In this document: piece after piece, positions 47,332 through 56,480 of the stretch
Numbering within the stretch: position 1 is the first letter of the stretch
How the letters are laid out: every line of letters starts with the position of its first letter
Source of the DNA: Candidatus Omnitrophota bacterium
GTDB lineage: Bacteria; Omnitrophota; Gorgyraeia; JABMRN01; RBG-13-46-9
Length of the DNA: 64,000 nucleotides
Direction: 5' to 3'
Assembly (NCBI GenBank): GCA_043817155.1
Contig: JBDRHE010000085.1
Location: 1,464 to 65,463, forward strand
Notes under the pieces: model-generated
What the model was told of the DNA's origin: nothing
Seen by the model: the letters and a program-made list of their open reading frames with translations, nothing else
Databases searched by the model: none
Translations under genes and position numbers: made by a program

Positions 47332-47360
47332 AAAAAAGGCGGGTTAAAAGCCCGCCTTTT
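47332..47360. terminator. bidirectional rho-independent terminator between convergent genes
   Basis: AAAAAAGGCGGG-TTAAAA-GCCCGCCTTTTTT: GC stem with an A-tract on one side and a T-tract on the other. Confidence 0.7.
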
Positions 47361-48134
47361 TTATTGCGCCTTGGGATATTTCCCGCCCAGGGCATCTCTT
47401 ATCATATCCTTAACTGTCTTGCTGAAATCCTGACTCAATATCCATTGCAGATACGAAGGCTCCTTCTGGGCTATCTTCCTTATGCTCTGCTTCCTGGCAA
47501 ACTTACCGAATACCGGGTATAATTCTCCGTTCCACCAGCGGAACTTGCGTTCTTTATCAAAATATTGCGTCGATCTCTCATAGTCGATTTCCCTTAAGGA
47601 CTCAACACCGGTATCAATTGCGCCATACTTCTTGACCTGAGCGCCCAGTATCTCAAGCGTCGCTTCTACATCCCCTAGCGCCGAATGAGCGTTAACGAGC
47701 TCCTTCTGGCAATAGAACTGGTAAGCAGCGGTCAGCGTCCGTTTCTCATGGATGTGGTATATCTTCTGCGCGTCGTAAACGATTCTGTCGCGGCGCTCAA
47801 ACCTTAAACCGGCTTCGACAAGCTCCCTCTCCAGTATCGGCAGGTCGAACCGCTCTATCCCAAAACCGGCCAGATCCGAGTCTCCTATAAATGAGAGCAC
47901 CTCTTTAGCGATCGCTTTAAACGGAGGAGCCCCTTCCAGATCCTTGTCGTTTATGCCCGTTATCTTGGTTACGGCGGAGGGCATCGGCATCCCGGGATTT
48001 GTGCGCTTCACAAATTCTATCTTTGAACCATCAGTCAAGCATTTTATCATCCCGATCTCTACGATCCTATCCCTCTCTATCCATGTTCCCGTAGTTTCGA
48101 GATCCAATATCACCAGGGGCCGCGCAATTTTCAT
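47361..48134 (-). CDS. DEDDh-family 3'-5' exonuclease (DnaQ/PolC-exonuclease-like) with C-terminal extension
   Basis: 257 aa; exo I VILDLETTG, exo III H-x4-D (AHSALGDVEAT). Confidence 0.7.
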   Translation of the reverse strand: MKIARPLVILDLETTGTWIERDRIVEIGMIKCLTDGSKIEFVKRTNPGMPMPSAVTKITGINDKDLEGAPPFKAIAKEVLSFIGDSDLAGFGIERFDLPILERELVEAGLRFERRDRIVYDAQKIYHIHEKRTLTAAYQFYCQKELVNAHSALGDVEATLEILGAQVKKYGAIDTGVESLREIDYERSTQYFDKERKFRWWNGELYPVFGKFARKQSIRKIAQKEPSYLQWILSQDFSKTVKDMIRDALGGKYPKAQ

Positions 48135-48287
48135 AATATCACCTGCATATTTAACGATTTATTATTTCATCCGGCAGCAACAATAAAGAACATTGCAATG
48201 CTAAGCGCAACTGCGTAAAATGCGTATAATTGTTCTACGTTTGCGTTATCATACCGTGAAATAAGGCGGGTCTCAAGCGGTAATATT

Positions 48288-48668
48288 TCAGCGGTTTAGC
48301 ATCTTTATGCCATCCAGTTTCTTTTGGGGATCAAAAAAGAGGTATATCTTTACCCCTTCAAAATGGGAGGCCCATCCGGGTTTATAGATCCACTTTTCCC
48401 TGTTACCGTCTTCTGCGAGAACGACGACCGGTTTTCCGTAATTATTTAGGATGGACTCTTGGGTCAGACCTTTAGTTATCGCGCCCTTTTCGATCGCTTC
48501 TTTTACAGCGTCAAAGGTCTTCGTCTCGTCATTTAATTGCATCTCCATCCCGTCCTGGCTCTTACCGACTTCGATCAGTGTTGAGAGACCTTCGGCAAAA
48601 CATGTATGCGTAAAAAGGAGCGCAAATAAATATACCGCGAGTGTCTTATATGTTCTTTCCATCGTCAT
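48288..48668 (-). CDS. secreted hypothetical protein
   Basis: 126 aa; signal peptide (LAVYLFALLFTHTCFA). Confidence 0.4.
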   Translation of the reverse strand: MTMERTYKTLAVYLFALLFTHTCFAEGLSTLIEVGKSQDGMEMQLNDETKTFDAVKEAIEKGAITKGLTQESILNNYGKPVVVLAEDGNREKWIYKPGWASHFEGVKIYLFFDPQKKLDGIKMLNR

Positions 48669-49257
48669 TTTCCTCTATTTCTGTCTTGAATTTTGCGAGT
48701 TCCGCATCGATCTTCGATATATCTTCCTCTATACCCTTTTTTATCTTTGAGCTCTTCATCTCGTCTTCAACCATGCGCAGGTGTGCCTTTACCGCACCCC
48801 AACTCTTCTTAAGAGTCTTAACTGTGTCTCTCACGCTGACACGCATCTCTTCGAAATCCGTCGCAAGGTTCTTTAGCTGGTCGCTGTCTCTTACGTGTAT
48901 AGCGTGTGAAAAGTCACCCCTTTTTATCTTATCCATCTCCAGTTTGAACCTGTAGAGCGGACCGGCTATCTTATGTGACGCAAAGAGCGTTACGGCCGCG
49001 GTCGCAAGAATTACAAGCACAGTAACCGCGGCAAGCACCTGGAACATTGCCGGCAGTATGAAATCAGCGGTCGATCTTACAACCACTTTCAGGTTTTCGA
49101 ACGCAACGGTCGTAGTGTGGCGATTCATATAATATATCATGATACCTATCAAGATACTGGTAGCTATGATAAGGAATGAGAACTTCACGATAAAGGCCGT
49201 CTGGAACGGCTTGTCGATAAAGTAGTTTCTTCTTGCGAACTTCAGCGATCTGACCAT
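48646..49257 (-). CDS. membrane protein with two TM helices and a HAMP domain (no output domain)
   Basis: 203 aa; TM1/TM2 then IAGPLYRFKLEMDKIKRGDFSHAIHVRDSDQLKNLATDFEEM HAMP-like amphipathic region. Confidence 0.55.
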   Translation of the reverse strand: MVRSLKFARRNYFIDKPFQTAFIVKFSFLIIATSILIGIMIYYMNRHTTTVAFENLKVVVRSTADFILPAMFQVLAAVTVLVILATAAVTLFASHKIAGPLYRFKLEMDKIKRGDFSHAIHVRDSDQLKNLATDFEEMRVSVRDTVKTLKKSWGAVKAHLRMVEDEMKSSKIKKGIEEDISKIDAELAKFKTEIEENDDGKNI

Positions 49258-49273
49258 CGTATGCCTCCGGCTT

Positions 49274-49849
49274 CTATTTTATGCCAATAGCCTCTTCATT
49301 GATCTCTATTTCTGACCCGCCCTCAAGGTCATCGACCCAGGAGTCGAAGGAGAAACGCTTCTTTTCCCTTAGGAGCTGCCACCGTATGACTTCGCGGAGC
49401 TTATCGAACGACTCCGTATTCTCCGGGTTCTCGTCCTTCCATCTCTTATAGAAGTCTTCCAATTCCTCCTCGGAAACATCGAGTCTCCTTGAGAACTCGC
49501 CCGCTTTGCTGTCTATCATCACCTTAAGAAGAGCCTCCTCCCAAAATCGTTCTATGGTCTTCAGAAATATCTTCTGCCGATCCAGCCCTTCTCTTTCTGC
49601 TTCCTGCAAGAGCAATTTGCGCTTCACTAAATTCTTTACGAATTTTCGCCTGGCCTCGGAAGTATCTTCTGTGGGCCCGGACTCCATAAACAGTTCGGTG
49701 AATTCTCCGGCCGTAATCGAATACCCGTTTATCTTAACAGCGCATTTCTCGCTGCCTGAATTACCGATACAGCCGCCGCACATAAGAAATAGCGCTAGCA
49801 TTATAAAAATGAACTTTGCATGTCTGGCATCTTTCGCCCGGGCGCACAT
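49274..49849 (-). CDS. lipoprotein with SurA N-terminal-like chaperone domain
   Basis: 191 aa; signal with Cys (LMCGGCIG); KINGYSITAGEF...LQEAEREGL resembles the SurA/PpiD N-domain. Confidence 0.45.
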   Translation of the reverse strand: MCARAKDARHAKFIFIMLALFLMCGGCIGNSGSEKCAVKINGYSITAGEFTELFMESGPTEDTSEARRKFVKNLVKRKLLLQEAEREGLDRQKIFLKTIERFWEEALLKVMIDSKAGEFSRRLDVSEEELEDFYKRWKDENPENTESFDKLREVIRWQLLREKKRFSFDSWVDDLEGGSEIEINEEAIGIK

Positions 49850-49851
49850 CT

Positions 49852-50400
49852 TCAGCCTCCTTCCGGCATTCTGAATTTAAATATATCCATAAGCCCGCTC
49901 AAAAGTGTCTTCAAATGCCGCTCGGGCGAACTTACGAACTCGCCTAAGCGCGAATACGGTACGAAATGTATGATATCGCCTGCCGGAGTCTCAACGTAGA
50001 TCTCTCTTATGTCGTCATTCCGGGTCGCGCTCCTGTAATAGGCTATTATTATGCCTTCCGGCTTCAGAGTCAGGCTTCCGCTTCCGCCGCTGTTAACCTC
50101 GACCTCATCAAATTCGAAATAGTGAGATCGCCCGCTTTCGCTTATAGCCCTGTATTTGGAGTTTTCCAGTTCTATCGTTTTTCTGGAGTTGTTCTTCATG
50201 AAGACCTCAACCATGAATTCGCCGAATGGCGGAAAGACCGTTTCGCTAAACTCCATCATACCTTCTGCGGGCTCGGTGTTGTAGGTGTAAAATTCGGATC
50301 CTTCTATCTTTTCATAAACATATGGCGTACCCTGGCGGGCATAAAGAATTGAGGATATAGAGAACCCCAAAATAGCGGTTATGAGAAGAATTCTCTTCAT
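49852..50400 (-). CDS. secreted hypothetical protein, paralog of the 37258..37725 protein
   Basis: 182 aa; signal peptide; co-linear similarity to the 37258 protein (see there). Confidence 0.5.
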   Translation of the reverse strand: MKRILLITAILGFSISSILYARQGTPYVYEKIEGSEFYTYNTEPAEGMMEFSETVFPPFGEFMVEVFMKNNSRKTIELENSKYRAISESGRSHYFEFDEVEVNSGGSGSLTLKPEGIIIAYYRSATRNDDIREIYVETPAGDIIHFVPYSRLGEFVSSPERHLKTLLSGLMDIFKFRMPEGG

Positions 50401-50430
50401 GATCTAACGTCTCTTTTATGATCCTGCATG

Positions 50431-53256
50431 TTATGAAATAACCTTTAAGAACATATCCACGATCTGCGGGTCATACTTTGTACCGGACTCTTCCTTCAAT
50501 ATCTCAATGGCCCTCTCCTTGCTAAATGCTTTGCGATAGGGACGATCCGATGTTAACGCCTGGTAGGCATCGGCAATTGCTATTATCCTGGCGCCGATCG
50601 GTATATCTTCACCCTTTAGACCATTCGGATAGCCTTTCCCGTCCCACCTTTCATGGTGATCCAGGATAAGCGGAATTACGTCATGCAGATACCGAATAGG
50701 GCGTATGATATCCACGCCGATCTGCGGATGTCTCTTTATCTCTTCAAACTCTTCCGCTGTAAGGCTCGACCTCTTATTTAGGACGCTCTGTCTTATGCCT
50801 ACCTTTCCCAGATCATGCAATATGGAGGCCTTCTTGATCCGATCCACATCCTCCGTTGACAAGCGCATTATTTCGGCAAGCTCTGTAGCGTAGCGTACGG
50901 TTCTTTCTACATGGTCTCCCGTTTCAGGGTCGCTAACCTCTATGGTTCTGGCAAACGCGAAGATAGCTTCCATAAGGTTCTGGTTGGATTTCGTATTTAA
51001 TTTTTCTATCTTATTTTTCAAAAAGTCGGTATTGACATTTTCGGATGTTTCCGTTGTCGCCGCCTTCCTCTCCTTCGCATCTACAGATGTAAATACGTTA
51101 TTGCCCCCAAATTCCTTCGATTTACTAAGGATCTTATCAGCAAATGTAACAAGGTCCATAGCCTTAGAGATCGGATCCTCCGGGTATGAGCAAACAGCAA
51201 TGCTTATCTTAAGTTTAACACTGTATTCCCTATTCCCGAAATTGTATAAGTGTAGTGCATCCAGGAGCTTGCGGGCCAGGATCTTCTCACCGTTAAGATC
51301 TGTCCTCGGGGATATAACAAGAAACTCTTCCCCCCCGGAGCGAATGACAATATCATTACGCCTGACCAAGTTCTTTAGCTGGGATGCAAATTGTTTTAAT
51401 GCAAGATCCCCGAACTGGTGTCCATAAACGTCGTTTATCGATTTGAAATAATCCAGATCCACCATCAAGATCGATAAGGGGTAACCGTATCTCTTGGCGC
51501 GGTAGAACTCAGTTTCTATGACCGTTGTAAGATATCTGTAGTTAAATAGTCCTGTATGCGAATCTATTAAGACCAGCTGCTCGAGCTTCTTGTTAGACTT
51601 TAAGAGGTTCCTATTGGAGATCGCAAGTTTATTCTTCGTCTCTGTAAGTTCGCTTATATCCATAACAGAGATAAGGATCCGCGACCAGTCCTTCTCGTAC
51701 CCCGGCATTACACTGGCCTTAAGGTTGACTTTAAGCTTCTTGCCGCCTAAAGTCTTAGTGTAACAGTCGAATGCAAATCTTGTCTTGCCGTTCGCCAGGC
51801 TTATAAGCTCCTCCCTGAAAGCGTGGTACGATTCTTTAGTAAATATACGTGTTAATCCTCCCCAAAATTCCTTCTTGTCCTTTGCCTTGTAAAGATCCAG
51901 CGTTGCCTTGTTTACCTCTAATATCTTAACCATGGTCGCGCAGTCCGCGACATCTTCAGGATGTTCCTTAAAGTACTTTTCGAAATCGTCAACGCCACTA
52001 TCGCTTAATTTCGTAATGAACTTCTTGACATTTGAAAGGTCCTCCTCCCACAAGGAGACCGGAGAATTCTCAAATAGCGCCCTGAAACGCTTCTCACTTG
52101 TAAACAACCTCTCCTGCGCTTTTTTCCGTTCATATATATTACGAGCGGAGGCACAGTTGAATTCGTTTCCCTGTAGCTCCAGGTAATTCAATGATATCTC
52201 TACAGGAAATGACTCTCCTTCTTTAGTGCGATAAGTGGACTCGATGGTAAAAGACTTCTTGCGCTTGAGTTCCTTCCAGTGGCCCGGCCATACTTTCTTT
52301 GGGAATTCGGTATCGATATCGTGCACAGTCATGGAAAGCAGCTCGTCCGGAGTATAGCCTAAAGCATTGCACGCATTCTCATTTACGTATTTGAAGCGTC
52401 CATTCCGATCGATCAGAAATATCGACTCGGCAGCTTTGTCAACCAGATACTTTGAAAGCCTAAGCTCCCCTTCAGCGCTCTTACGCTCAGTAATATCCCT
52501 GAGGATAACTTGCATGACGGTCCTTCCACCGATATCAGCTACCGACGATGATATTTGGACGGGTTTAATCGTTCGGGTTTTTGTTATTATCTCAGCCTCA
52601 ACATCGCTTACCCCACCATTTTTCACCAGCTTTTTAAATAACTTGAGCTGCATATCTCTTGTTTTTGGAGGAAAGAGGACCGATTGATGCTTCCCTATTA
52701 TATGCCTCCGATTGCGTTCGAAAAGCTTTTCGGCTGCCAGGTTGCAATTGACCAGAGAGTGCGTACTGCCATCAACCCAGAAGATCGCATCCTTGGCATT
52801 TTCAAATATTGAGCGAAAACCCTCTTCACTCTTCAGCAGAGACTCCTCTGCGATCCTCCGATCGCTTATGTCTTCGCCTGAGCTAAGCGTGCCGATGATC
52901 ACATTCTTATCATCTCTTAAGACCTCGTTATGCCATGAGATCAATCTAAGCTTGCCCTTCTTCGCTACAACGGGATTAACGTAATACTCAAGAGCCTTGG
53001 TCTTTCCCGCCATCAAACCATTGAACGCCGCCTTTACCTGGTTCTTTATGCTTGCCGGAATGAAGTTGGCAAACCAGCCCTTATTAATGATCTCCTCTTT
53101 CCTGCGTCCCAGGATCTCGCAGCCCTTCCTATTAATGAGGGTAACATTGCCTTTATTGTTGAGAACGACTATCATCACACCGGCAACATCCAGATATTTC
53201 TGCGCCATATCCCTCTCACTATACAGTTGCGTGATGTCTAATATTTTATTATTCAT
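50431..53256 (-). CDS. cytoplasmic multi-PAS / GGDEF / HD-GYP signalling protein (c-di-GMP synthesis and hydrolysis domains)
   Basis: 941 aa; ~4 PAS/PAC modules; GGDEF domain with RxxD I-site and GGEEF (RRNDIVIRSGGEEF); C-terminal HD-GYP (ILHDLGK ... HHERWDGKGYP). Confidence 0.85.
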   Translation of the reverse strand: MNNKILDITQLYSERDMAQKYLDVAGVMIVVLNNKGNVTLINRKGCEILGRRKEEIINKGWFANFIPASIKNQVKAAFNGLMAGKTKALEYYVNPVVAKKGKLRLISWHNEVLRDDKNVIIGTLSSGEDISDRRIAEESLLKSEEGFRSIFENAKDAIFWVDGSTHSLVNCNLAAEKLFERNRRHIIGKHQSVLFPPKTRDMQLKLFKKLVKNGGVSDVEAEIITKTRTIKPVQISSSVADIGGRTVMQVILRDITERKSAEGELRLSKYLVDKAAESIFLIDRNGRFKYVNENACNALGYTPDELLSMTVHDIDTEFPKKVWPGHWKELKRKKSFTIESTYRTKEGESFPVEISLNYLELQGNEFNCASARNIYERKKAQERLFTSEKRFRALFENSPVSLWEEDLSNVKKFITKLSDSGVDDFEKYFKEHPEDVADCATMVKILEVNKATLDLYKAKDKKEFWGGLTRIFTKESYHAFREELISLANGKTRFAFDCYTKTLGGKKLKVNLKASVMPGYEKDWSRILISVMDISELTETKNKLAISNRNLLKSNKKLEQLVLIDSHTGLFNYRYLTTVIETEFYRAKRYGYPLSILMVDLDYFKSINDVYGHQFGDLALKQFASQLKNLVRRNDIVIRSGGEEFLVISPRTDLNGEKILARKLLDALHLYNFGNREYSVKLKISIAVCSYPEDPISKAMDLVTFADKILSKSKEFGGNNVFTSVDAKERKAATTETSENVNTDFLKNKIEKLNTKSNQNLMEAIFAFARTIEVSDPETGDHVERTVRYATELAEIMRLSTEDVDRIKKASILHDLGKVGIRQSVLNKRSSLTAEEFEEIKRHPQIGVDIIRPIRYLHDVIPLILDHHERWDGKGYPNGLKGEDIPIGARIIAIADAYQALTSDRPYRKAFSKERAIEILKEESGTKYDPQIVDMFLKVIS

Positions 53257-53390
53257 TTTTTCTTTCTAAATAACTCCCGTTTTCAAAAAAACACCTTGAT
53301 TTATTTTAACATGCAAACAAAAGGAATCCTACAACTATTTGACAATTATTACACTGACTTTATACAGTTTATCAGCTTTGATTGCACATC

Positions 53391-53550
53391 CGCCTGCCAT
53401 TGCGAGTACGGGCGGGCAGGCCCGCCTGCCATTGCGAGTACGGGCGGGCAGGCCCGCCTGCCATTGCTAATACGGGCGGGCAGGCCCGCCTGCCATTGCT
53501 AATACGGGCGGGCAGGCCCGCCTGCCATTGCTAATACGGGCGGGCAGGGA
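53391..53550. repeat. tandem direct repeat, 5 x 32 bp (CGCCTGCCATTGCGAGTACGGGCGGGCAGGCC), each unit with a GGCAGG/CCTGCC mini-palindrome
   Basis: Unit starts at 53391, 53423, 53455, 53487, 53519. The first two units have GCGAGTAC, the last three GCTAATAC; no spacers between units. Confidence 0.85.
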
Positions 53551-53575
53551 TTTTGTGAAGCGGATATTACTTTGA

Positions 53576-53995
53576 TTACTCTCCGATAATTTTTACAAGT
53601 ACGCGCTTACGCCGGCGTCCATCGAATTCACCGTAAAAGATCTGTTCCCACGGTCCAAGATCCAATCTCCCTTTAGTTATAGCGACAACTACTTCTCTCC
53701 CCATAATAGTTCGCTTCAAATGAGCGTCAGCGTTATCTTCCCCTGTAAGGTTGTGTTTATATTGGGATATGGGCGCGTGAGGGGCGAGTCTCTCGAGCCA
53801 TTTATCGAAATCGCTATGTAGCCCATCTTCGTTATCGTTGATGAAACATGAGCTCGTAATATGCATAGCATTTACAAGGCAGAGGCCCTCTTTTATGCCG
53901 CTTTTTGTGATAATTTCCTGGACGTCGTGGGTTATATTTATGAATTCGCGCTCGTTCTTAGTGTTAAACCAGAGATAGTCGGTGTGGGTTTTCAT
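53576..53995 (-). CDS. yjbQ: YjbQ/UPF0047 family protein (secondary thiamine-phosphate synthase-like)
   Basis: 139 aa; [15 protein letters not shown]...[13 protein letters not shown]...DLGPWEQIF, characteristic of YjbQ. Confidence 0.7.
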   Translation of the reverse strand: MKTHTDYLWFNTKNEREFINITHDVQEIITKSGIKEGLCLVNAMHITSSCFINDNEDGLHSDFDKWLERLAPHAPISQYKHNLTGEDNADAHLKRTIMGREVVVAITKGRLDLGPWEQIFYGEFDGRRRKRVLVKIIGE

Positions 53996-54011
53996 TATTT
54001 AAAATGCTCCT

Positions 54012-54530
54012 TTACTTTATGGGACGGAGGTATATCTTTATGTGTTCCGCAGGAAAAATATATGTCCAGAACCTCTCGTATAACATTGGGAATTTATTGA
54101 ATAATTTATGCAATAATACTGCTCTAAAAAGTTTATGGAAAGTTATTTCTTTTCTGAGCAGTTTAAATTTTTTTGCAGTAATCCATTTTGTTATGCCGCC
54201 TTCAAAATATCCGTCAAACGCAAAGTAGTTAAACCTTAATTTATGCTCCGGAGCATTCGCGCACCACGAAGTATGGTGGGGCACCTCTATATATATTATT
54301 CCGGCCATGCTGCAGATTCTATGAAGCTCGGGCAAAATGGAATGCAGGTCGTTAAGGTGTTCTAAAACATGGTGGCAGATGATCTCTTCAAATTGATTGT
54401 CCTTGAAAGGTAATGGCGTTATGTTTAAATCATGAACAATGTCTGGCTTATGTTCCGGGTTAATGTCTAAGGTTATCGCGTCTGTATGTTCATTGCCGGC
54501 GCTTCCCAGTATAAGTTTTTTCATCTCCAT
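54012..54530 (-). CDS. class I SAM-dependent methyltransferase (Methyltransf_11-like)
   Basis: 172 aa; LILGSAG motif I, LDINP, PFKDNQFEEIICHHVLEHLND motif II/III pattern. Confidence 0.6.
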   Translation of the reverse strand: MEMKKLILGSAGNEHTDAITLDINPEHKPDIVHDLNITPLPFKDNQFEEIICHHVLEHLNDLHSILPELHRICSMAGIIYIEVPHHTSWCANAPEHKLRFNYFAFDGYFEGGITKWITAKKFKLLRKEITFHKLFRAVLLHKLFNKFPMLYERFWTYIFPAEHIKIYLRPIK

Positions 54531-54544
54531 GTCATCTTTTTTTC

Positions 54545-54762
54545 TAAACCTTCCTTTTATATTAGAAAAATAAAGTCATCCGAGTCAGCATTTAACCCAA
54601 TGTGTTTGTAAAGACGCTCGCCGTTATGCGCATAGCGCTTACCAGACACAGCCCCTATTTTATACCGTTCTTCTCTAAGCATTCCCCGGCCTTCCCTGTG
54701 ATGTTTATGAATTCTCTCCTTTCCGGCGCGTTAAACCATAAGTGCTTTGTATGCGATCTCAT
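54545..54762 (-). pseudogene. decayed 5' fragment of a second yjbQ copy (premature stop and frameshifts)
   Basis: Minus strand from ATG 54762: MRSHTKHLWFNAPERREFINITGKAGECLEKNGIK then stop. A shifted frame continues GLCLVSAMRITASVFTNTLG then stop. Compare intact Yjb[50 protein letters not shown]. Confidence 0.55.
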
Positions 54763-54778
54763 ACCTGCCCGTTCCTTA

Positions 54779-55108
54779 CTATAACTCTCCCCTACCTTTG
54801 GAATCCCTTAATTCAAGATAAAGCGCTGACATAAATAAAATAAATCCAAGAGTAAACCCGACCATATCTTCCAGGAAATCCTGGATCCAGTAGAATCTCT
54901 CATCGATCGGCAATCTTCTCAAGACTTCCAGTTCGTCTATAAAATCCATAAAGTGCCCAAAAAAGAGCAGGACAAGGCCGCCTGTGAGCAGATAAAAGTA
55001 CTTTAAATTGAGGTTCCTCCGCCGGGCTATAACATAAACAAGCGGAATAAGGTAAACGAGTGCCTTCAGCCCATCCTGAAAATACCCGCTCTTCAAAATT
55101 GATATCAT
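54779..55108 (-). CDS. small VanZ-like membrane protein
   Basis: 109 aa; 3 TM; HFMDFIDELEVLRR...DFLEDMVGFTLG resembles the VanZ core. Confidence 0.4.
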   Translation of the reverse strand: MISILKSGYFQDGLKALVYLIPLVYVIARRRNLNLKYFYLLTGGLVLLFFGHFMDFIDELEVLRRLPIDERFYWIQDFLEDMVGFTLGFILFMSALYLELRDSKGRGEL

Positions 55109-55163
55109 CTATGCCCTCGTTGAAGCTCTACGAACTTAAATCCGAAGATTTTTTTTCGCCTAG

Positions 55164-55757
55164 CTACGCTGAAACCTCGCCTTCGTCCGCCGCCGTAGGC
55201 GATGGACGAAGGCGGGATAAGATATTAAATCGTATTGCAAGAAGTACTATTATGCCGCTTGCGCCGTTAATAAAGACATCGTGCCAGGTAAATACCCTGT
55301 TCGGAAGAAACCACTGTATGATCTCGTCGACAGCTCCGGTTAATAAACATATTGCGGAGCCGATCGCGTAAAGTTTCATCTTGAACCTGTCAAGATCGAC
55401 CTTAAGCGCATTATACAGTATAAGCCCCGACAACCCGTACTGCGCCATGTGTATCTTCTCGCCGGGATTCTTTTCGAATTCTACCATGATAAAGAAAATC
55501 CCTGCGAAGAATAATAGAAGAAGATACTTCAGTATAGATTCTTCCCGTTTTATAAATAAGACATAAAACAATATACCGATGCCAAATAAAGAATATATGG
55601 TGTACTGCAACAAAAGGCCCCTACCGCCCAAAGATCTGTTTACGGTATTCCATACAGACGGCATTAGTCCCAGAGTAGAATAATTAAGTAGCGCGTAGAC
55701 CCCGAACAGCGCCCACCACAGTCTCCTAGCACTCATATCCATATGCTGAAGTTCCAT
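55164..55757 (-). CDS. VanZ-family membrane protein
   Basis: 197 aa; GAVDEIIQWFLPNRVFTWHDVFINGASGIIV, the canonical VanZ DE..Q...P.R.....D...N..G motif. Confidence 0.6.
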   Translation of the reverse strand: MELQHMDMSARRLWWALFGVYALLNYSTLGLMPSVWNTVNRSLGGRGLLLQYTIYSLFGIGILFYVLFIKREESILKYLLLLFFAGIFFIMVEFEKNPGEKIHMAQYGLSGLILYNALKVDLDRFKMKLYAIGSAICLLTGAVDEIIQWFLPNRVFTWHDVFINGASGIIVLLAIRFNILSRLRPSPTAADEGEVSA

Positions 55758-55930
55758 AAACTTATGCTTCCAGATTTTTTCTTTTCATTTCAGTCGAGCA
55801 CCCCACCATTACTTTTGCGTGGTGGGATTCTGTCGCATGATTGTGCCCGCGTGAAAAGCCGCGCCGAAGCGTATTGGTATCGCTATTTGTCCCCGTCATG
55901 CAAACGAACTGCGTCCAACGCGAAGGCGGG

Positions 55931-56203
55931 TCAAATCCGCCTATATGAGCAGTTGACCCTGCAAAGAGAACGAGTCGCGATCTCGTTTATAGGCACGCAG
56001 TTGAAGATATTGCCTCCCACGGTTCTCCTGGGTCCCAGCCGATCCTCATATGTCACGCAGTAGTATTTAGAATCCTCGCCCAAAGCAAGATTGACGCATG
56101 GATCGCCGTCCAGCGAACCACAGCACTCTCCGCAGCGTTTGCACAAGCCTTCATTCCTATCTTGCTCCTTCCGCAGGTGTTCTTCGTATCTCGATCTATC
56201 CAT
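55931..56203 (-). CDS. CxxCxxCC-motif putative zinc/iron-chelating protein (YkgJ/UPF0153-like)
   Basis: 90 aa; CKRCGECCGS motif and additional Cys (CVNLA, YYCVTY, CVPINE). Confidence 0.5.
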   Translation of the reverse strand: MDRSRYEEHLRKEQDRNEGLCKRCGECCGSLDGDPCVNLALGEDSKYYCVTYEDRLGPRRTVGGNIFNCVPINEIATRSLCRVNCSYRRI

Positions 56204-56347
56204 ATATCCTCGTCCTCTTGCCCACTAAACCATTTTAATACATACTTATATAGAGTCAATTAAATTTCTTCTAAATTTTCAGCGCTTTTGCAATACTTTC
56301 ATTATTGCGATTAGGTCTTAAGCCACCGAAGAGCGAGAGATGCATAA

Positions 56348-56480
56348 TTCGTCTTTGCGAGGTGCCGTAAAAAGCTAGCGCACCGAAGCAATCTCAAGCT
56401 AGCTCGATGAGATTGCCTGCCTAGCGGCAAGGCCGCTGGCTTCGGCACGCTCGATTATTCCGGTGCCTCGCAAAGACGAG
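56348..56480. repeat. ~130-bp inverted-repeat element with nested palindromes (MITE- or sRNA-like)
   Basis: Arms TTCGTCTTTGCGAGGTGCCG (56348..56367) and CGGTGCCTCGCAAAGACGAG (56461..56480). Inner GCGCACCGAAGC/GCTTCGGCACGC and AATCTCA-AGCTAGCT-CGATGAGATT. Shares GGCAAGGCCGCTGGC (56426..56440) with 60256..60270. Confidence 0.6.

Noticed and set aside
53391-53550. Possible CRISPR array (regular 32-bp repeats)
   Set aside because: Units are directly contiguous with no spacers, repeats are not separated by unique sequence, and there is no cas gene in the window. It is a tandem (VNTR-like) repeat, not CRISPR.
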